Shown piece by piece: positions 40,801-51,517 of a stretch of 64,000 nt of DNA. The notes beneath the pieces are model-generated. The model had not been told where the DNA came from. It saw only the letters and a list, made by a program, of their open reading frames with translations, and did not search any database. Within the stretch, counting starts at the first letter, position 1; each line of letters opens with the position of its first letter. The stretch spans positions 25,474,110-25,538,109 of the forward strand of contig JAHRHZ010000025.1 of NCBI GenBank assembly GCA_024137785.1. Direction: 5' to 3'. The DNA comes from Ginglymostoma cirratum. Its lineage: Eukaryota. Made by a program: the position numbers and the translations under genes.

Positions 40801-41454
40801 AAGTTGTAGTGGGTGAAGTTGATTGAGTTACAGGACTGTAAACAGAAACAGCATTTAATGTTTGTCCCTGGAGACACTTATCTGTCACGTTACTAACAGT
40901 GGAAATTTCAATGAATTCTTTGAAATAGAAGTCCAGATGTCAAAAAAGTCTTTCCTAGGGCACAGCCAGAAGGTTTGAAAAGCACATTTATATCTACGTT
41001 AAAAAATGTGTTGCTCGGTTTTTGTTGGCTCACAACAGAATATTGCATGGGATCTAATTCAAGAAAACAAAAGCGATGTGCAAGTTGTTCCAAATGATCT
41101 TCCTCCATTTACCAGAATCAGTTTATAGAGGCTATCGTTCCTCGTGATCTTGACAAGTAACAAAGTTGGTGGGTGTCTGCTGATTTAAACCCTCCGAAAG
41201 GCTAACTCTATTCATATCCCCTTGGAAAAAGCAAACTGCTTTAAAAACCGTAGATTTGTAAAGTTCTGTATCAGTGAACACCAAACAGGTGAAGAGAGAG
41301 AGATTGAATTGGACCTGCAGAGATTGTGAAAGCCCGAGTAGTGGGTGCAGAGACAAGAAACTGAAGTTACTTACCAGTAATGTTCCTCTTTGCCAACATC
41401 GATCATCTCCTCCAGCTCACTGTCGGAGGAGCTTTCATCATATAGCCGCTTCAT
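28086..41454 (-). CDS. heyl: HEY-like bHLH-Orange transcriptional repressor (Notch target), spliced gene span, 5 coding exons, 356 aa
   Basis: Exons of 80+67+84+82+758 nt join in frame with GT-AG introns to give [125 protein letters not shown]...[11 protein letters not shown]. The basic-region Gly (RRG) marks HEY rather than HES. GSSKLEK (HEY1/2 have GSAKLEK), the 80/67-nt first exons and the degenerate YRPW favour HEYL. Confidence 0.9.
31010..31362 (+). mobile_element. Young Penelope-type 3' end (subfamily A) in heyl intron 4, antisense to the gene
   Basis: C/T-rich tract, then hammerhead, then gatgctgcttgacctgctg...ctccagcatctgcag tail; 3 mismatches in about 127 nt versus 46914-47040. Confidence 0.8.
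31228..31263 (+). ncRNA. Minimal type-I hammerhead ribozyme motif, intact core (Penelope-type end, subfamily A)
   Basis: ATTT-CTGATGA-A-GGGT-CGAG-GCCC-GAAAC-GTC-AAGT: core boxes CUGANGA and GAAA, 4-bp stem II, palindromic ACGU stem III, GUC cleavage triplet, 4-bp stem I. Confidence 0.75.
32165..33430 (-). mobile_element. Two decayed CR1 fragments in heyl intron 4 (~32165-32720 and ~33050-33430)
   Basis: tgtcacctgcaaacttgg (KFAGD, RT YADD-like motif on minus), ggccatttagctctttgagcctgc tail, cttagactgtgaccct. Confidence 0.55.
36531..36612 (-). CDS. heyl: heyl coding exon 4 ([27 protein letters not shown]+G), loop and helix 2
   Basis: Acceptor ctgctttttAG, donor GTAAGA, 82 nt, canonical [15 protein letters not shown]. 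Confidence 0.96.
36775..37345 (-). mobile_element. L2 LINE fragment in heyl intron 3
   Basis: ORF 36773..36988 [35 protein letters not shown] matches the L2 ORF2 C-terminal pattern (LHWL...FKIL.LVFKA.HG..P.Y). Confidence 0.7.
39485..40005 (-). mobile_element. CR1 LINE 3' end in heyl intron 3
   Basis: [23 protein letters not shown]...TRGHRIKL and VTVWNML motifs. Confidence 0.8.
40602..40685 (-). CDS. heyl: heyl coding exon 3 ([28 protein letters not shown]), basic region and helix 1
   Basis: Acceptor cattcctcttacAG after an 83-nt intron, donor GTACTT, 84 nt, canonical HEY bHLH sequence. Confidence 0.96.
40769..40835 (-). CDS. heyl: heyl coding exon 2 ([23 protein letters not shown])
   Basis: Acceptor tgtttctgtttacAG, donor GTAAGT, conserved SPTTTS..ARKKRRG start of the basic region. 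Confidence 0.95.
41375..41454 (-). CDS. heyl: heyl coding exon 1 ([26 protein letters not shown]+TG)
   Basis: ATG at 41454 (context gacaggATGa), HEY-type acidic N-terminus, donor GTAAGT at 41374-41369, phase 2. Confidence 0.92.
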
Positions 41455-41589
41455 CCTGTCTTAGTTAAAGAAATATATGTATTCTAAACACTGGGGGAAC
41501 AACGTGAAAATCCCCCACCCTCAGGGGTCAAGGCTGTTTCTGAACCTCGATGGGACAAATTAATAATCTCCTGCAGATAGTGTCTATAT

Positions 41590-42380
41590 CTCTGGCGGCA
41601 CTTCACCCGGCGCTGAAGCTTCTCTGAATGTTGATGTTGTTTTCTCTGGATGGTGACTGCGGATCGGTAACAGTTCTCGTTTTATCACCCCCCCCCCTTA
41701 ACCTTGGCGATGTGTCCTGGGCTCAAACTGCCAATGGGATGTCCCTGATTTAGAGGTTCTGTCCACTCCGTGCGCCGGTCTGTGCGTTTCTGCTGTTCCC
41801 AGTTCGAGAAAAGATGACTTGAGTTTGTTTGCAGATTGCTGTTTTTCTTTCCCGGGGAGGCTCTTCCTGTGGCTGAAGCTCTCTCATGTGGTCTCTTTGA
41901 TGCTTTTTTTCCCCCTCTCTTTCTGACCGAGTCGCCCTGGCTCGCTCCCAGACTCTCAGCGCCTTGTCTGCTTGGCACTAGTCCCTGTTCTGACCCTGTC
42001 TTTACTTATGGCCTCGTTCACTTTCTATTCCCCTGCTGGTGATAGATTTTCTCCTTTCGCCATTTCTTTTGCTGTATCTCCATCGTACCACCTTTTCTTT
42101 TTGGGAGGGACTTAATTCCCGATGAATTTCCAAATGACACTTTGGCTGGGAGCAAACACCCTTTCACCTGTCCCTGTTACCTGGTTGGCAGCTTGTGCAA
42201 TCTCCAGGACAGCTGAAACGTGAGAAAGAGCCGCCAGCTGCAACACAGAAGGAACCGGAGATCCGTGACATCCATCAACATAAACCTCCTCACCTGTCTG
42301 GGCAAGACCGCGCCCCGGGCACATCCCCAGTGCTTCAAACATGAACTAACACTGCACTAGTGGCCTGCGATCGGACAGTT
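41590..42380 (-). promoter_or_regulatory. Probable heyl 5'UTR / proximal promoter (locally CpG-enriched, repeat-free)
   Basis: Visible rise in CpG and GC content just upstream of the ATG, GC-box-like CCGCGCCCCGGG near 42308-42319, CCAAT at 41731. The TSS cannot be fixed from sequence. Confidence 0.6.
42219..42226 (+). promoter_or_regulatory. RBPJ/CSL consensus site CGTGAGAA
   Basis: Exact match to CGTGRGAA about 765 bp upstream of the heyl ATG; HEY genes are established direct Notch/RBPJ targets. Confidence 0.6.
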
Positions 42381-43009
42381 TCCAAAAGTGAAACATAAAG
42401 GTTTACCCGCTGCATAATGCAACATGCATATCATCTATTTTGGAAACAAACGTTTACCCTTATAACATTTATATTGACCAAGTTGTTTTCCTAAATTTTT
42501 TTTGCATTTTATTTAGAATGCCAATTTTATGAAAGCAGTACAGCATCAAGTGTATACTCTAAGCATACTTGAATACTCGCAGAATCTTGCAATACAGGAG
42601 GAGGCCATTCAGCCCATTAAGCCTGTCCTGACTCTCCTGAAAAAGAAAACTGCCAATTAGTGTCATTTCCCCATTCTTTCATTTCAAAATTGCTGTAGTT
42701 TTCCTCCTTTAACTTATCCATATCCAATCATTAATCAACTCGTTCAGATATGTTATGATATACCTTTTGGGCATGTGGGACTTGAACCTTCACCTTCAAT
42801 GTCTGATAAGAAACTCAGGTCAGTTATAATCACCCAAACCCAGCTCAAGTCAAATAGACAGTAATACTGAAATGATATGCAGTACAGGGAAGAGACTGGA
42901 AGAGTATCAACATGAAGAGAGGGATAAAGAATGTGTAAAAGCTCACAATGTTGGGGAAGAGGTTAGGGAAGAATACAGCAAATCATAGGATTCGTACTAG
43001 AGAGAAAAA

Positions 43010-43445
43010 AGATGTGTATTTATACAACTTGTTACAGCTTTGGTATATCCTAAAATATTTGACAATCAGTGTTGTATTTTAGTGTAATTACTTTTGTAGT
43101 ACAGGGAATGAGATTGTCAATTTGTACAGAGCAAGCTCCCAAAAACAGTCATGAAGTAAATGATAAGATAATCTTTTAAATATGCTGATGGAGTGATCAC
43201 AACTGGGCAGGACATTAGGAGAACTCAGCTTCAAATAGTGCCCCAGAATCTTTAAAGTTCTCCTGAGAAGGCAGGTGGGTCTTAGTTTCAGGTCCTGCAC
43301 AGAAGGCAGTATCTCTGAAAGTGCAACACATTGCCTGTACTGACAGAGCTGTCATCTCAGATGTTGTGCTCGAATTTCAGCAAGGAACTTCAACCCATGA
43401 CTTTCTGATTTAGAGGCAAGAATATTATCACTGAGTCAAGACTGA
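43010..43445 (-). mobile_element. Deu-domain SINE, decayed
   Basis: Homologous to 19730-20128; tRNA head atgggttgaagttcc, gagcacaacatc, cagtac. Confidence 0.6.
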
Positions 43446-44621
43446 TGCCAATGACCTTTGTATGATTGCCAGGGCTCTGAATCAGAATTGGAACTTAAGC
43501 TTGCTGAGAATAAAAGGTCAAAAAAGTGAGTAACAAGTTATCCAGAAACGTTTCTGGTAATCGAAACGGCAGTGCAGCACCATCCCTGTGGCAATTGCAA
43601 TAGATTTTGAACTGATCTAGCAACTCAAGGCTGTGTACATATGGCACAGTGGGCCATCTCAGCAGCAGCGGAATTGTACTTCAACACAATGTGTAACTTC
43701 ATGATCAGGCATATTCCTTAGTTTGCAATTACCATCAAATCAAGTGACTAACTCTGGCCAAATGAAGAATGGAGGAGGGCATGCCAGTTGCAACATCAGG
43801 TATGTAAAAATGAGATGTCGACCTCGTGAACCTACAACATAGGACTACTTACATACAAAATGGCATAAGCAGGAAACAATAGGCAGAGCTAAATTATCTG
43901 AGCTCTGCACTGCTGTCATAGCCAGTCATGAATGATAGTAGATAATTAACTCACTGGAAGAGGAGGCTCCACAAATATCCCCATTCTTAATCACCCTTGA
44001 GTCCAGCACAGTGATACTGTTAAGGCTGATGCATTTGTGACAAGCTTCAGCTACAAGTGCTCAGTGGATGACCCATTCTCAGCCTATCCTGGAGACCCCC
44101 AGCATCACAAAAGCCAGTCTCCAGCCGATGTAATTCAATCCATGTGATATCAAGAAATGGCTGAAGGCTCTGAATACTGCAAATGTAGTTCCCTGACAAC
44201 ATTCACTCAATAGCACTGAAGATTTGAGCTGCAGAACTTGCCGCTCCCCTAGCCAAGCTGTAAAAGTACACCTACAGCACTGGCATCTACCCAGCAATGT
44301 GAAAAATTGCCCAAGTACGTTCTGTACAAAATAAGCAGGACAACTTGGCAAGCAACACCGCATCAGTTTACTCTCGATCATCGGTAATTGAATGTGTCAT
44401 CAACAGAGCTATCAAGCAGCATATCCTTAATCTGCTCACTGAATCCCGGTTTGGGTTCTGCCAGGGAGGGTCAGCTCCTGACCTCATTACAGCCTTTGTT
44501 CAAACATGGATAAAAAATTCTGAATTTCAGAGGCAAGGCTGTATTTGACCAAGTGTAGCACAAGGGAGTCTAAAGTAAATAGGGGAAAAGACATCTGCTG
44601 CAAAAGAAGATGGTTGTGGTT

Positions 44622-45436
44622 ATCCAAATGGCAGGTGCAACACCTGCCCATTTACCTCCTCCCTCCCCAGTATCCAAGGGCCCTAACATACCTTCCAGGT
44701 GAAGCAACACTTCATCTGCACTTCCCAGAATCTAGTCTGCTGCATTCACTGCTCACAATGTGGTCTCCTCGACATTGGGGAAACGAAGCGTAGACTTGGC
44801 AACTGCTTTGCAGAACATCTATGTTCTGCTTGCAAAAAAGACCCTGAACTACCTGTTGCCTGCCACTTCAATGCACCACCCTGCTCCCTGGCCAACATCT
44901 CTGTCTCTGGCTTGCTGCAGTGTTCCAGTGAACACTGTGCAGTGCAGTGAACCCCAACATAATCTGGAGGAACAACACCTCATCTTCCACTTGGGGACCA
45001 TACAGCCCTCTGGAGTCAATACTGAGTTCAATAATTTTAGGGCCTAAACTCTCCCATGTCCCAGCTCCCCACCCCACACACCAGGCCTTGTTACCACATA
45101 GCCTGCCATTACACACCCCCTGTTGTTAGTCACTAACAGTCCCCATTAACAACAATTCACCTTCCCAGCCTGATCGTTAGCAACTCCTTTGTCTGTCCAA
45201 CTGTCTTTCTCTCTCTTTGGGCTCAATCCTATCATTTACTCCCTACTCCACCCACCTCCCTATTTTCTGCATATGATCTGACATTTTCCCAGCCACCATC
45301 AGTTCTGAGGAAGGGTCACTGGACCCGAAATGTTAATTTTGTTTTCTTCTTCACAGATGCTGCCAGACCTGCTGAGCTTTTTTAGCAACTTTGTTTTTGA
45401 TCCCGTTTTACAGCATTGTTCTTTTGGTTTTTATTT
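44622..45436 (+). mobile_element. 5'-truncated Penelope-like element: GIY-YIG endonuclease remnant, 3' region and hammerhead
   Basis: ORF 44699..44950 (F.CTSQNLVCCIHCSQCGLLDIGETKRRLGNCFAEHL) matches the PLE GIY-YIG/CCHH pattern. TSD AAGATGGTTGTGGTT at 44607-44621 and AAGATGGTTGCGGTT at 45437-45451. Confidence 0.85.
45301..45338 (+). ncRNA. Minimal hammerhead motif (subfamily B) at the 3' end of a Penelope element
   Basis: AGTT-CTGAGGA-A-GGGTC-ACTG-GACCC-GAAAT-GTT-AATT: 5-bp stem II; C-to-T change in the ACGT palindrome. Confidence 0.65.
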
Positions 45437-46499
45437 AAGATGGTTGCGGTTGTTGGAAGTCAGTCATCTCAGGTCCAGAATATCTCAGCGGGAGTTCCTC
45501 AGGATAATGTAATAGGCCTAACTATCTTCAACTACTTCATCAATGACCTTCCCTGCATCATAAGATCAGAAGTGGGATGTCCATGGAGGATTGCACAATG
45601 TTTCTCACCATTTGTGACTCTTCATATATTGAGGCAGTCTGAGTCCAAATGCAGCAAGACTGGACAACATCCAGGCTTCGGTTGACAAGTAGCGAATAAA
45701 GTCATGCCACACAAGTTTTAGTTAATGACCACCTCCCTCAAAAGAGGATCTGAACATCACCCCATGACATCTAGTTGCTTTACTATTGCTGAATTCCCCG
45801 TTATTAACATCATGGGTTTATTATTGACCAGAAACTGAACTGGACAAGCCGTTACAAATATAATGGCTACAAGAGCGGGTCAGTGGCTCAGAATCATGCA
45901 GTGAGTAAGTCAACTTCTGATTCCCCAAAGCCTGTCCACCATCTATAAGGCACATGTCAGGAGTATGATGGAATAATCCTCACTTGCCTGGATGAGTGCA
46001 GCTCCAACAACACTCAACAAGCTTCACACCATTCTGGACAAAGCAGTTTGCCTAATTGACACCTTCAAGCCATTCACCATCTTGACTTGGAAATATATCA
46101 GCATTCTTTCAATGTCTTCGTGTTGAATTCCTGGAACTCCCTCTCTAATGGCATTGCAGGTCTACTTACAGTGATTGGATTGCAACGGTTCAAGAAAGCA
46201 GGTTAGCATCACCTTCTGAAGGACAACTAGGGCTGGGCAATAAATGCTGGTCATCCAGCGATACTCATCTCCCATGAGTAAAGAAAAAGAAAGAAAGATC
46301 TTCTTATGGAGTTACTGCAGATTAGTTGCCCTTTTAAATCTTGTTGCTGCAGCAGCGTGGAGAATAGTTCCACTTGGTTTACCTGAGGGGTGAGTGCACG
46401 TTGGGTGGAATGTCTGTAATTTTGCATAATAACAGTGTTGGTGCCTTAGTTACACTTTGGTGTCTCTATTAGCATATCCATGAGGCTGCACCTGCTTCT

Positions 46500-46640
46500 A
46501 AATAAAAACCGAAAGAACTGCAGATGCTGTAAATCAGGAACAAAAACAAAATTGCTGGAAAAGCTCAGCAGGTCTGGCAGCATCTGTGAAGGAAAAAGCA
46601 GAGTTAACGTTTCAGGTCCCGGTGACCCTTCCTTGGAGCT
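46500..46640 (-). mobile_element. Penelope-type terminal repeat (subfamily B), hammerhead core decayed
   Basis: Reverse complement CCAAGGA-A-GGGTC-ACCGG-GACCT-GAAACGTTAACT followed by the shared tail; highly similar to 23478-23612. Confidence 0.75.
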
Positions 46641-46907
46641 CTGAGGTAAATCAATCTAGTAAACCTTCTCTGAACTATTTCAATGCTTTTACATCCTTTC
46701 TTCCCAATTACCTAGTGTTTTCTAAATTCACAGCTTGAAGCTCCTTAATGATCACCTTTCACATGACAGGTGTCTAGCTAATTGGCCTGTAGTTTCCTAA
46801 CACATTCCATTCAGGGATGGAGGAGTTATTTTTGCTACTTTCCAGTCCAATGGAATTTTTCTTGTGCCAATTTAATTTTGGAAAATTAAAACAAAACTAA
46901 TGCACCT

Positions 46908-47039
46908 GATTTTCTGATGAAGGGTTTAGGCCCGAAACGTCAAGTTTTCCTGCTCCTATGATGCTGCTTGACCTGCTGTGTTCATCCAGCCCCATGCTTG
47001 TTATCTCGGATTCTCCAGCATCTGCAGTACCTTTTATCT
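46908..47039 (+). mobile_element. Short 5'-truncated Penelope-type insertion (subfamily A) with perfect TSD
   Basis: Flanked by CTAATGCACCT at 46897-46907 and 47040-47050; interrupts a CR1 ORF2 fragment. Confidence 0.85.
46910..46945 (+). ncRNA. Minimal hammerhead ribozyme motif, intact core (subfamily A)
   Basis: TTTT-CTGATGA-A-GGGT-TTAG-GCCC-GAAAC-GTC-AAGT. Confidence 0.75.
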
Positions 47040-47740
47040 CTAATGCACCTATTACCTCTTTGGCCACCTCTTTTAAGACGCTAAGATGAAATCCATCTGG
47101 ACCCAAAGTCTTGTCAGCTGGCATCTCCATCAGTTTGTTTCTCAGTTCTTTTCTCCTGAATAAAAGTTCACTAAATTCCCCACTCCCTTCCGATTCCTGT
47201 TGTACGGCTGTTACTGTAAATTTTTTTGTGTTCTCAGTAGTGAAGAGAAAACTAAAATATTTGTTCAATTCTTCCACTGTGTCCTTATTATCTACTCTTA
47301 ACTCCCTATTCTCACTCTACAGTGAACCAGCTTTCCTAACTAATTCCTGTTTTAAACCTGGAAGTGGGAGAATTGGAGACAGGTTGAGGACGTGCTTGAG
47401 ATTTTAAAATTTTTATATCCCAGCTGATCACGATCACCATTTTTGTAATTTAAATTTAAAGTAGAGAAATAATTTCTTCTAATAGAGGAAATGAGAACAA
47501 GGAAAGCATAAACCTAAAATTAGAGACCAGTTAATTTGGAATGAAATTAGGGAACATTTTTTCACACAGTGATTCTGGGAAATCTAGACCTCCTTCCCTC
47601 ATAAAGCTGTGGATCCTGGGTCAACTGATATTTCCACAACTGTGATCAGTAAATTTTTGTTAGGCAGGATATCAAATAAGATGGATCAAAGGTGAGTGAA
47701 TAAAGATGATGTACAAATCAGCTATGAAATAAATAGATTG

Positions 47741-48091
47741 GGGGAGGCGATGGCCTAGTGGTATTATCACTGGACTGTTAATCCAGAGACCCAGACAACG
47801 TTCTTTGGACCTAGGTTTGAATCCTCTACAGCAGATGGTGGAATTTGAATCCAAAAAATATCTGGTATGAAGAGTCTAATAATGACTGTGAATCCATTGT
47901 TGATTGTTGAAAAAATCCATCTAGTTCACTAATGTCATTTAAGGAAGGAAACTGCCATCCTTACCTGGTCTGGCCGTGTAACTCCAGACCTACAGCAATG
48001 TGAATGCCTCTCAACAGCCCTCTAGACAATTAGGGATGGGCAATAAATGCTGCCTAGCCAGCGATGCCCTCATCCTGCGGATGAATTTAAA
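47741..48091 (+). mobile_element. Full-length tRNA-derived SINE sharing its 3' tail with the LINE above; perfect 10-bp TSD
   Basis: A-box TGGCCTAGTGG, B-box GGTTTGAATCC, tail gggcaataaatgctgcctagccagcgatgccc; TSD AAATAGATTG at 47731-47740 and 48092-48101; sits in a CR1 3' end (~47480-48160). Confidence 0.85.
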
Positions 48092-49949
48092 AAATAGATT
48101 GTGAAATAGGTTTGAGGGGCTAGATGGCCTATTCTTAATTGCTTTGCTCCTGCCATGATTCTATCAGTAATGGTGGACCTACGCAAAAGATAAAATATAC
48201 AATGGCCTTATTGAGTCTTGAAATATTATATGCAACAGGAGAAGATTATGCACTTTATTGCTAAATGCTGTATTACAGAATTTAGTTTTATTACAGAAAA
48301 CTGATCATCAGTCAGTGGGAAAATTCACAATCAAATATAACGCCCACTTTTTAAAAATCCAAGACATTTACTTCTATTAATCTAAACATAGATCTTATAG
48401 AATTGCTTTTATGTTAGGAAGTAGTCATGGCACCTATAAAAGTTTATATGATACTTATCTCATATAAATCTTTAGATAACATCACAAACTATTGGGACAA
48501 AGATCAAGTTGTTCATGCCATTATTGCAATCATGAAAATGGATTAATTTCACTCAGTTATTTCTTATCTTACATATATTAGGATCTTTTCCTTTACCTCA
48601 TCTTATGTTTTAATCATTTACAGTTACATGGTAAATATTAAGGGCCAAATCATTTGATGCTGTTGTGAGATAACATTGAATGATTGAATGCCAATATCCT
48701 GATGTTTAACAGGACATGAAAATCATAAATTTCTGTACCATATAAAAGGAGCAGAATAGCTTGAAGGTGGAATATGTGATAGAAATTGCTATGACTGTGA
48801 CTTGTAATTAAATCTCAGTCCTCCGTGAGTTGCATTAGCATAAAAGTTTTGATTCAGTCATAAAAATGATCAATTGTTCCCTTTTGTACCGCTATCCAGA
48901 ACAAAATAGACTTTGACCAGACTTCTATAATGAACGCAAAGATAATCCATTTATTACAAAGCAAACCAATTTCTAGAAACAAATTGTTAATGTTAAGCTA
49001 CAATTAAAAATTAGAACAGTATTCCTTTTTTCATTTCAAATGTACCGACATAATGCAAGCAAAGGACAACAATAATTCTGCAGAGATGATCTTTTGAAAT
49101 GGGCAAAAGAAAAACACCTTTTCTGGCCAAACTCTAAGAAACAAAACACAGAATCCTATGAATTCCCATAATTCACTGGGTTTCTGGTTGATAAAATTAA
49201 ATTGCTGAAGCAGTAGACTAAAGGAAGGCCTTCCAAGTAAGGTTTGGGATTTGTTTGGTTCCAACTCTTTGGGAAGTCAGAGGTCAGCATATTAAGGTTA
49301 ACAAGGTAATTAAAATACAAAAGCGTGGTTTTCAAATATTTCAACCAAGCGAGTTGGGGCGGGGGGTGCTTGCAGATTTATAGCAAGTTGTTGAGGCTTT
49401 CTTCCTTCTGACACCCTAGGTTTTTGAAAACAGAATCTAAAACCAGAAAAGCTTTCTCAGCAACCATGAATGGAGAGTCCTATTGTCTCTTCCAAAGCCA
49501 GTTTTTTCAGCCATTTTTAGGGCGATAAATCTTCTCTCTCTGACATGTTTGCTTGGCTGTTTTTCCAAAGAGCTAATAAAACACAAAGGAAAGGAACCAG
49601 AGAAAAAGAAACAATCATATATTAACAGATAGGCATGATATTGGAGACAGAAGTGACAGATTAAAAATAATCATAAAGGACAGAGAACAAGCGTAAAAAA
49701 TAGGGCAGTTAGTCACATGAAATTAAAAAATAATGAGACTTTGTTTTTAGGATTTTGGGATTTTAGGAGATATGGAAGTGATTGAATCAGTAGGGATGAG
49801 GGGATGGTGGGTTGGTGGGGAATGAAAAGATGAAATGATTGGAAGTAGAAACCAAGCTTGAGAAGAAAGAAACACTAATGTAACTTATTTTTCATTTAAA
49901 TAAATGAAGAACCTTTGATATTGCCAGTCTTCAAAGTCTGCTTTTGAGG

Positions 49950-50138
49950 AACTCCAGTTTCCTCCCACAGTCCAAAGATGTGCAGGCTAGGTGGATTGGC
50001 CATGCTAAATTGCCCATAGTGTTCAGGGGTGTGTGGGTTATGGGGGTATGGGTCTGGGTGGGATGCTGCGAGGGTCGGTGTGGACTTGTTGGGCCGAAGG
50101 GCCTGTTTCCACACTGTAGGGATTCTAATGATTCTAAG
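49950..50138 (+). mobile_element. 5'-truncated HE1/V-SINE-type SINE
   Basis: tttcctcccacagtccaaagatgtgcaggctaggtggattggccatgctaaattgccc...gggccgaagggcctgtttccacactgtagggattcta. Confidence 0.8.
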
Positions 50139-50489
50139 AACTGAGTGTTTTCAGTGGTCTTAGATCTGTATTAATGTTTGCTGTGGGAAAGTGAATTCCA
50201 GTTGAATTAAACCAAATCTGCTCTGTTTATCCATTGCTACATTAACTATATAACTAGCCATGAACATATTTGAGACAATCATAGAATCACATAATGATAC
50301 AGTGTAGCCCTTTGTGCCTTTTTCAATCCTTTGCAGAGCTATCCAATTAGCGTCAACCCTAGTCCATTCCTCATAGCTCCAAATAATTTCTCGAAGTATT
50401 TATCCCATTCTCTTTTGAATGTTACTGTTGAGGCTTGTCCGCCACCTTTCCTGGCCATGCATTCTAGACCACTGCAACAAAAACAACAA

Positions 50490-50875
50490 TTTGTATTTGT
50501 AAGTGATTCATTGAAGTATTATGTTCCAAAGCTTCACAGAAACAGTATTAGACAACATTTAACATGTCACTAAGCCACATATGGAGATAGGAGAAGGGAC
50601 AACTGCTTGGTCAAAGACGAAGATAGTAAGAAGATTCTCAAATGAATTAAGAGAGGAAGAAGTGGGGAGGTTTGATGAGGGAATTCCAGGACCCACAGCC
50701 TTGGCAGTTGAAGGCAGGGAGACTAATGTTGAAGTAATTAAAAATTCAATGAGTAAGAGGCCAGAATTGGATTGCAGATATTTCAAAGGTTTATAAGGCC
50801 AGAGGGATTACAGAGATAGGAAGATATGAAGCAATGGATAGAACTGAAAATAAAGATAAACATTTTAAAACCACT
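50490..50875 (-). mobile_element. L2 LINE 3' fragment
   Basis: LPSTAKAVGPGIPSS resembles the A(F)S..GP.LWN region; homologous to 24700-25165. Confidence 0.55.
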
Positions 50876-51517
50876 GTGTCAAAACTATTTCCTCACATGA
50901 GCTCAGTTTTTTGGTTTTAATCACCTTAAATTTGTAGCTCATGATTTCTGACATGTTAGTCAGCCTGAGATGATCTTAAGGGCCACTGTTTGATTTTTGA
51001 GGGCTCTTTTACCAGTCGTACCAACTTGTGTATTAGTTGATGCAGTCATGAGGTAACAAAAGCTGATGTATTTCTGTTGACATATGCACAGCAAGTTATA
51101 CATAGAAGAACTCATCAGCCAACCCTTAATATAATTTAATATCACAACACTGAAGGAAAACATTAATTTCCTACTCATTGAAACACTTAAATTGGCACTT
51201 GGAAGCAGCTATAAGTTAACAAACATTTTCGCAAACTAGCTAACCCACACTTCTGCACACAAAAAGCCTGCACGCTAAAAACACCTTCCACACATAATTC
51301 CTCTTGTTTTGTACAGGGTAAGGTTTGAAAAGAACCATGGAAGAAGTATACTGTCCCAATGACCAAGAAAACTGGAATTATTCTGAAGTAGAAAACCTGG
51401 ACTTATATCTTCACAAATTTTGCAGTGTATCAGTAAACTGTTCTACTTTCAGGGAATACTGTCTGTTGACCATGGGAGTATGGGTCTGAAAGTGTTAATA
51501 TTGAACAGTGTCTTAAG

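Larger units (their letters stand above)
43575..46295 (+). mobile_element. Decayed CR1/L2-group LINE (RT region and 3' tail), split by the Penelope insertion
   Basis: RT motifs FGFCQGGSAPDL and KMVAVVGSQSSQVQNISAGVPQDNVIGLTIFNYFINDLP; tail gggcaataaatgctgg...cccatgagtaaagaaaaa. Confidence 0.8.
46645..47345 (-). mobile_element. CR1 ORF2 fragment (EN-RT linker and RT N-terminus), split by the 132-bp Penelope-type insertion
   Basis: MEELNKYFSFLFT...KTLGPDGFHLSVLKEVAKEVIGAL, resuming after the insertion as IFQN..IPLDWKVAKITP and NYRPIS. Confidence 0.8.

Noticed and set aside
41685-41978. 97-aa ORF upstream of heyl on the same strand (possible uORF or extra exon)
   Set aside because: GTG start, low-complexity purine-rich sequence, no splice donor linking it to exon 1.
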